Assembly: GCA_965248845.1 (NCBI GenBank)
Contig: CBDFKO010000002.1
Coordinates: 1,820,564-1,884,563 of the forward strand
Direction of reading: 5' to 3'
DNA: 64,000 nt
Origin: Acidobacteriota bacterium
GTDB taxonomy: Bacteria > Acidobacteriota > UBA890 > WLXD01
Below are positions 59,907-64,000 of this stretch, piece after piece. A model generated the notes under the pieces. That model made no database searches, was not told the DNA's origin, and saw only the letters and a program-made list of their open reading frames with translations. The stretch's first letter is position 1. Every line of letters starts with the position of its first letter. The translations under genes were made by a program, and so were the position numbers.

Positions 59907-61210
59907 CAGGCTGCTGAAAAACGGCTTGGGCGCGCCATTTTGGGCTGGATCGTCTCGATCACGGTGAGTTAGCGGGGCGCCGAGTGCGGGTACGAGGCCG
60001 GCGCTGCTGGCAGCGCCGGCATTTCTTGGGGATTGGTGCCCTCATCGTCACGTCGCCCCCTGGAGGTTGCGCATTCTGACCAGGTTGAAGGCCGCGGCGG
60101 TGAAGATGAACATCCAATCGACACGTTGCGTGCCTCGGTGTCTGGTCTTGCGCATCAGCCCGACCGTCTTGGCCCATCCGAACATCTGCTCGACGAGCTT
60201 GCGTTTCTTCTGACTGACCGTGTAGCCCGGGTGCCGGGTCGTGCGGCGGTCGATGGCGCTGCGCCGGTTCGTGTCGTTCTGTGCGACGTGCGGGGTGATG
60301 TTGCGATCTCGAAGCTTTCGGATGCAGTCTCGCGTGTCGTAGCCCTTGTCGGCCGCCAAGGTTACCCGGCCCCTTCCGGGAATCTCGCCCGCCATCTGCA
60401 CGGCGGCCTCTCGTTCTGCTGTTCCCGAAGCGATCGTTACGCAGGCGTTGGTTGCTAACCCGTGGCGGTTGTCGATCATCAGGTGCCCCATGTAGCAGAG
60501 CCTCGACTCGGCTCCCTTACTCTTCTTGTATAGGCGTGCCTCCGGGTCGGTCCTGGAGGCGTGAGTATCGTTCGTGCGCCGTTGCCGGCGGAAATCGACG
60601 CTCGGGTTGCTGCCGCCCTCATCGGAGTCGCTCTGATCCTTCGGCTTGAAGCTCTTGTGCGAGGCCCACGCCTCGATCAGCGTGCCGTCCACCGTGAAGT
60701 GTTCATCCGACAGCAGGCTGCGGCGCCGCGCCTCCGCCAGCACTTCCTGGAAGAACACCTTGGCGACCTCGCCTCCCAACACTCGATCTCGGTTCTTCGT
60801 GAACACCGTCGCATCCCACACCAGATCGTCCATGTTCAGGCCCACAAACCACCGGAACAGCAGGTTGTAGTCGAGCTGCTCCATCAGCATGCGCTCGGAG
60901 CGAATCGTGTACAGCACCTGCAGCAGCAGCGCCCGCAGCAGCTTCTCCGGCGGGATAGACGGACGCCCCGTGTGCGAGTACAGCTTCTCGAACAGCGGCG
61001 ACATCCGCCCCAGCACATCGTTGACGATCTTCAGCAGCGGCCGCAGCGGATGCTCCTTCGGTACTCGCTGCTCTGGAGATACGTAACTAAAAACCGCCAC
61101 CTGTCCCGCGTCCTCACCACGCATCTGCTCACCTCGTTGATGCTTCGGTTCTTGCCGCGGGCTGCGTGGTTCAAAATCTACTCGAACAAGGGGAGTTTTT
61201 CAGCAGCCTG
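59907..61210 (-). mobile_element. IS5-family insertion sequence copy B (1304 bp), inverted relative to copy A, flanked by CTAG (59903..59906 / 61211..61214)
   Basis: Same 16-bp IRs. Transposase differs from copy A at about 5 of 358 residues. Confidence 0.85.
60048..61124 (-). CDS. IS5-family DDE transposase (358 aa)
   Basis: About 98% identical to the 16142..17218 product. Confidence 0.85.
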   Translation of the reverse strand: MRGEDAGQVAVFSYVSPEQRVPKEHPLRPLLKIVNDVLGRMSPLFEKLYSHTGRPSIPPEKLLRALLLQVLYTIRSERMLMEQLDYNLLFRWFVGLNMDDLVWDATVFTKNRDRVLGGEVAKVFFQEVLAEARRRSLLSDEHFTVDGTLIEAWASHKSFKPKDQSDSDEGGSNPSVDFRRQRRTNDTHASRTDPEARLYKKSKGAESRLCYMGHLMIDNRHGLATNACVTIASGTAEREAAVQMAGEIPGRGRVTLAADKGYDTRDCIRKLRDRNITPHVAQNDTNRRSAIDRRTTRHPGYTVSQKKRKLVEQMFGWAKTVGLMRKTRHRGTQRVDWMFIFTAAAFNLVRMRNLQGAT

Positions 61211-61301
61211 CTAGTGGACCGCCACAGATGACTGTCTAGCCATACGAACGCGCCGAGTCGCTCCCAGTCCGTAGCGCTGTCGGATGATCTCGACGTGTTG
61301 C

Positions 61302-62511
61302 ATGAGTGATCTCAGCACGGGCTGCAGGAGGGACCGCTTGCGCATTCTGTACGTTACGGCCGGAATCGAGATCCCAGGGTCCCACGGCGGCAGTGTCCAT
61401 ACGATCGAGCTCGCCCGCGGCCTCGTGCGGCGCGGGCACGAGGTCCACCTGGCGGCGCTCGAGCCTGCGGCGAGTGCCACGCTCGGGGACGATCCGGAGT
61501 GGCTGCGCGACATTCACGTCCACCCTTTGAGCCGACCGTTCCCGGTTGCTCAGCTCGAGTGGCTGGCCTGGCGGCAGCTGCGGCGCATTGCCGAGGACGT
61601 CCGCCCGGAGGTCCTGATCGAGCGCTTTCACGCCTTCGGCGGCGGTGGCCTGCTGGCATCTCGGGCGCTGCGAATCCCAGCCGTGTCCGAGGTGCACACC
61701 CCCGCCCGACCCTATCCCGGATCGTGGCGCGACCGCCTCGACGCCCTCACCCTGATTCGACCCATCGAGCGCTGGCGGCGGATCCGACACCGGTGGGCTG
61801 CGGGGTTCTATGGCCAGGCCGCCATCGTGATGCCTCCCGAGTACCAGGAGGGCTTCGTCGAGGTCGTCAGCGGGGCCGATTGCGAGCGCTTCCGCCCGGG
61901 ACCGCCCGCCCTCGGACGACGGGCCGCTGCGCTGCGTGTACCTGAGTAGCTTCCGTGCCTGGCACGGGGCCGAGGATCTCGTGGGAGCGATTCGTCTGTG
62001 CGCCGAGCGAGGGATCGACGTGCAGGTGCGGTGCCTCGGTGATGGCCCGCGCCGGCGGGCCGCCGAGGCCGCAGCGCGGGTCGCCGGGCTGGGGAGCCGC
62101 ATCAGCTTCCTCGGTGCTGTGCCGCATCTGCAGGTGCCCGGCTACCTGGCCGATGCCGATGTGGGGCTGGCGCCGTTCAACCTCGAGGCCCACTCGGCTC
62201 TGCAGACAGGCTGGTACTGGTCACCCGTGAAGTTGTTCGAGTTCCTCGCGGCCGGGCTACCAATCGTTACTGCCGACGTCCCGTACTTGCGCACGCACCT
62301 CACACAGGAGGCGGCCCGCTTCTATCCATCGGGCGGTATCGGGTCGATGGCGGATGCGATCGCCGAGCTGGCGGCGGATCGGGCAGCGGTCCGTGCCATG
62401 GGCGCGCGAGCCCGTCGTCTGGCCACGACACGGTATTCGTGGGATCGCCAGGCGGAGCTGGTCGAGGGGTTGCTCCTTTCCGTGCTGCGCCGATCGCCTG
62501 CGGCTCTCTGA
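61302..62511 (+). CDS. GT4-family glycosyltransferase with a +1 frameshift in a C-run near 61905
   Basis: RILYVTAGIEIPGSHGGSVHTIELARGLVRRGHEVHL (GT4 N-domain). After RFRPGPP the frame shifts to ...PSDDGPLRCVYLSSFRAWHG...GLPIVTADVPYL (GT4 C-domain). Confidence 0.6.
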
Positions 62512-62628
62512 CTCGCGGACACTGACCCGCGGTCTTGACACCCAGGGAGCCTGCGGCGGAACATCCGCCGGCAGGGTGCATCCGGCCCACGGGTGCGCCC
62601 GCTTTGCTTGGTTCATCCAAGAGTCCCC

Positions 62629-62788
62629 CATGAGCAGGAACCTGAGGCTGGCCCGCCGCGACGGCGAGCCGCATCACGACTTCATCATCATCCAGCAGGA
62701 GTCGAACTACCCTCAGGTCGGCTCGCTGTATCTGTCGAGCGCGCTGGCCGAGCACGGGATCATCCGGACTTATCGCACTGGCTCCTGA
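62629..62788 (+). pseudogene. N-terminal 52-aa fragment of a B12-binding-domain radical SAM protein
   Basis: HDFIIIQQESNYPQVGSLYLSSALAEHG matches the start of the B12-binding domain of class B radical SAM enzymes (...LLINPP...YPPLGLAYLAAVLEKAGHEV). Terminates after ...IIRTYRTGS with no radical SAM core. Confidence 0.45.
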
Positions 62789-62790
62789 TC

Positions 62791-63060
62791 AGCAGGCCGC
62801 CTATGCCTTCAAGGCCTTGGGGCACTGGTCGTTGGGACAGCCGCAGTCGGCGGACCTCCGCCACAGGTCGAGGTTCTTGCCAGGATCTATGCCAACGTCG
62901 GTGAGCCCGCCCTGGCCGTCGAACAACTCGATATCCTGCTCTCGGTGCCGCATTGGATTAGTGTCGCCTGGCTCGCGATAGACCCGCAGTGGGACATCTG
63001 GCCGGCGCCGATCACGCTGAACGCGCCAACGACCACCGCACACGCTCGGCGACAAACGCT
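62791..63060 (+). pseudogene. possible C-terminal TPR-like remnant (no start codon)
   Basis: QVEVLARIYANVGEPALAVEQLDILLSVPHWISVAWLAIDPQWDIWP resembles the terminal TPR/'DP-W-D' tail of TPR-containing kinase/cyclase proteins. Overlaps the 3' end of the Fic gene on the other strand. Confidence 0.25.
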
Positions 63061-64000
63061 GCAAAGGGCCGGATATCCATGTGTGCGCTGGCGCTCTCCA
63101 GCGAGGCCATGTACCTGGCCCTGTCGTCGACGCGTATGATCGTCCACGGATAGCCGCCGGAGGCCAGCATGGCGTTCATCACGAAGCGGGCAATTCGGCC
63201 GTTTCCGTCCGGGTAGGGGTGGATGTAGCCGAGCAGCCAGTGGCCGAGGACGGCGCGTACGGAGGCCTCGGGCTCATGCTCCAGAAGATCGAACAGGGCC
63301 GGCATGGCGTCCCGGACGACTTGCCATCGTGGCGGCACATGGCGCGAACCTCGCAAGAACACGATGTCGTTCCTGTAGCCGGCCAACGCCGAGGCCTCGA
63401 CGAGGCCAACTCGCACACACGGCAGAAACAAGGCGCGGTACCAGTCACGGTGGGCGGAGCGCACGAGTGGGCCGGGCTTGCCTCCGCCGACGACTCTCTC
63501 GACCGTCTCCTTGACGAGTTGAAAGGCCTCCCAATAGCCGCGCGCGGCGAGCGCATCGCGGCTTGAGCGATCGGCTTCCAGGTTGTCCGCGTCCCAGTCG
63601 CCCAACCGGACCTTGTTGATCAACTCCGGTGTGACGACGTATCCCTCGATCGAGAGCGAGTGGTAAGCGTCGCTGGCATAGATCTCGTCGATGAAGCGCA
63701 GGTAGTCCTCGGTGTCTGTCGGCAGACCGGGCGGCGCCGGAAACAACTCGGCGATCGGACTACGGAACGATTGCCACATCGCTTGCACACGCCCCACGAT
63801 GGGCGCTGTCGTGGTGTCGACGATCCGAAACGCCTGACCCGGAGCGAAGGGGTCCGTTTCCCGCACGTCGTGGCCGGCGGCCTTCATCGTCCGGAGTATC
63901 TCGTCGGCGATTTCGGTCTGTCCGTTGCGGCGAAAGGCACCGGCGAGCCGCCCGGCTACGACGGAACGGCCTTTCTCGAGTAGGGGGGCCAGCAGGGCAG
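63012..64000 (-). CDS. Fic/DOC-family protein; reading frame open to the window edge, so the 5' end may lie off-window (first in-window ATG at 63887)
   Basis: Fic motif HPYPDGNGRIARFVMNAML (HPFx[DE]GNGR). The frame has no stop between 63888 and 64000. Confidence 0.7.
   Translation of the reverse strand, partial: ALLAPLLEKGRSVVAGRLAGAFRRNGQTEIADEILRTMKAAGHDVRETDPFAPGQAFRIVDTTTAPIVGRVQAMWQSFRSPIAELFPAPPGLPTDTEDYLRFIDEIYASDAYHSLSIEGYVVTPELINKVRLGDWDADNLEADRSSRDALAARGYWEAFQLVKETVERVVGGGKPGPLVRSAHRDWYRALFLPCVRVGLVEASALAGYRNDIVFLRGSRHVPPRWQVVRDAMPALFDLLEHEPEASVRAVLGHWLLGYIHPYPDGNGRIARFVMNAMLASGGYPWTIIRVDDRARYMASLESASAHMDIRPFAAFVAERVRWSLARSA

Noticed and set aside
62801-63064. Minus-strand 87-aa ORF downstream of the Fic gene
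   Set aside because: It is antisense to the TPR-like remnant and is Arg-rich with no features. Not reported as a gene.

Overview
High-GC (~68%) bacterial window with an Acidobacteria-like gene repertoire: a PadR regulator paired with an ADOP-type FtsX permease, TIGR03436-like VWFA tandem proteins, and Ser/Thr-kinase fused to TolB/PD40 beta-propeller paralogs. It is a mosaic of intact housekeeping genes and a heavily decayed accessory landscape.

Intact housekeeping genes: ppc; a trifunctional chorismate-mutase/prephenate-dehydratase/DAHP-synthase gene with its own Phe-leader attenuator; rpmG-ileS-M20 dipeptidase; a short secA homologue coupled to threonine dehydratase; ornithine carbamoyltransferase; a cobalamin-riboswitch-controlled btuB-like TonB receptor.

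Mobile elements: three copies of a 1304-bp IS5-family element, each flanked by CTAG (one nested in an IS481-family element, one severing a kinase gene, one sitting on a stop codon), and a 2.0-kb IS4/IS5-superfamily element with an AACT target duplication and a divergent Cys/His-rich passenger ORF.

Other accessory content: three type II toxin-antitoxin pairs (Phd-VapC, VapB-VapC, RHH-RelE), a Fic protein, and numerous pseudogenes and gene remnants. Five kinase-PD40 paralogs are all broken. One M20D paralog carries a 208-bp internal inversion. There is a 16-bp tandem-duplication frameshift in the ADOP permease and a perfect 21-bp tandem duplication at a NUDIX gene 3' end.

No tRNA, rRNA or CRISPR array could be supported. 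All coordinates were derived by hand from the sequence and the ORF track; family assignments rest on recognisable motifs, not on database searches.
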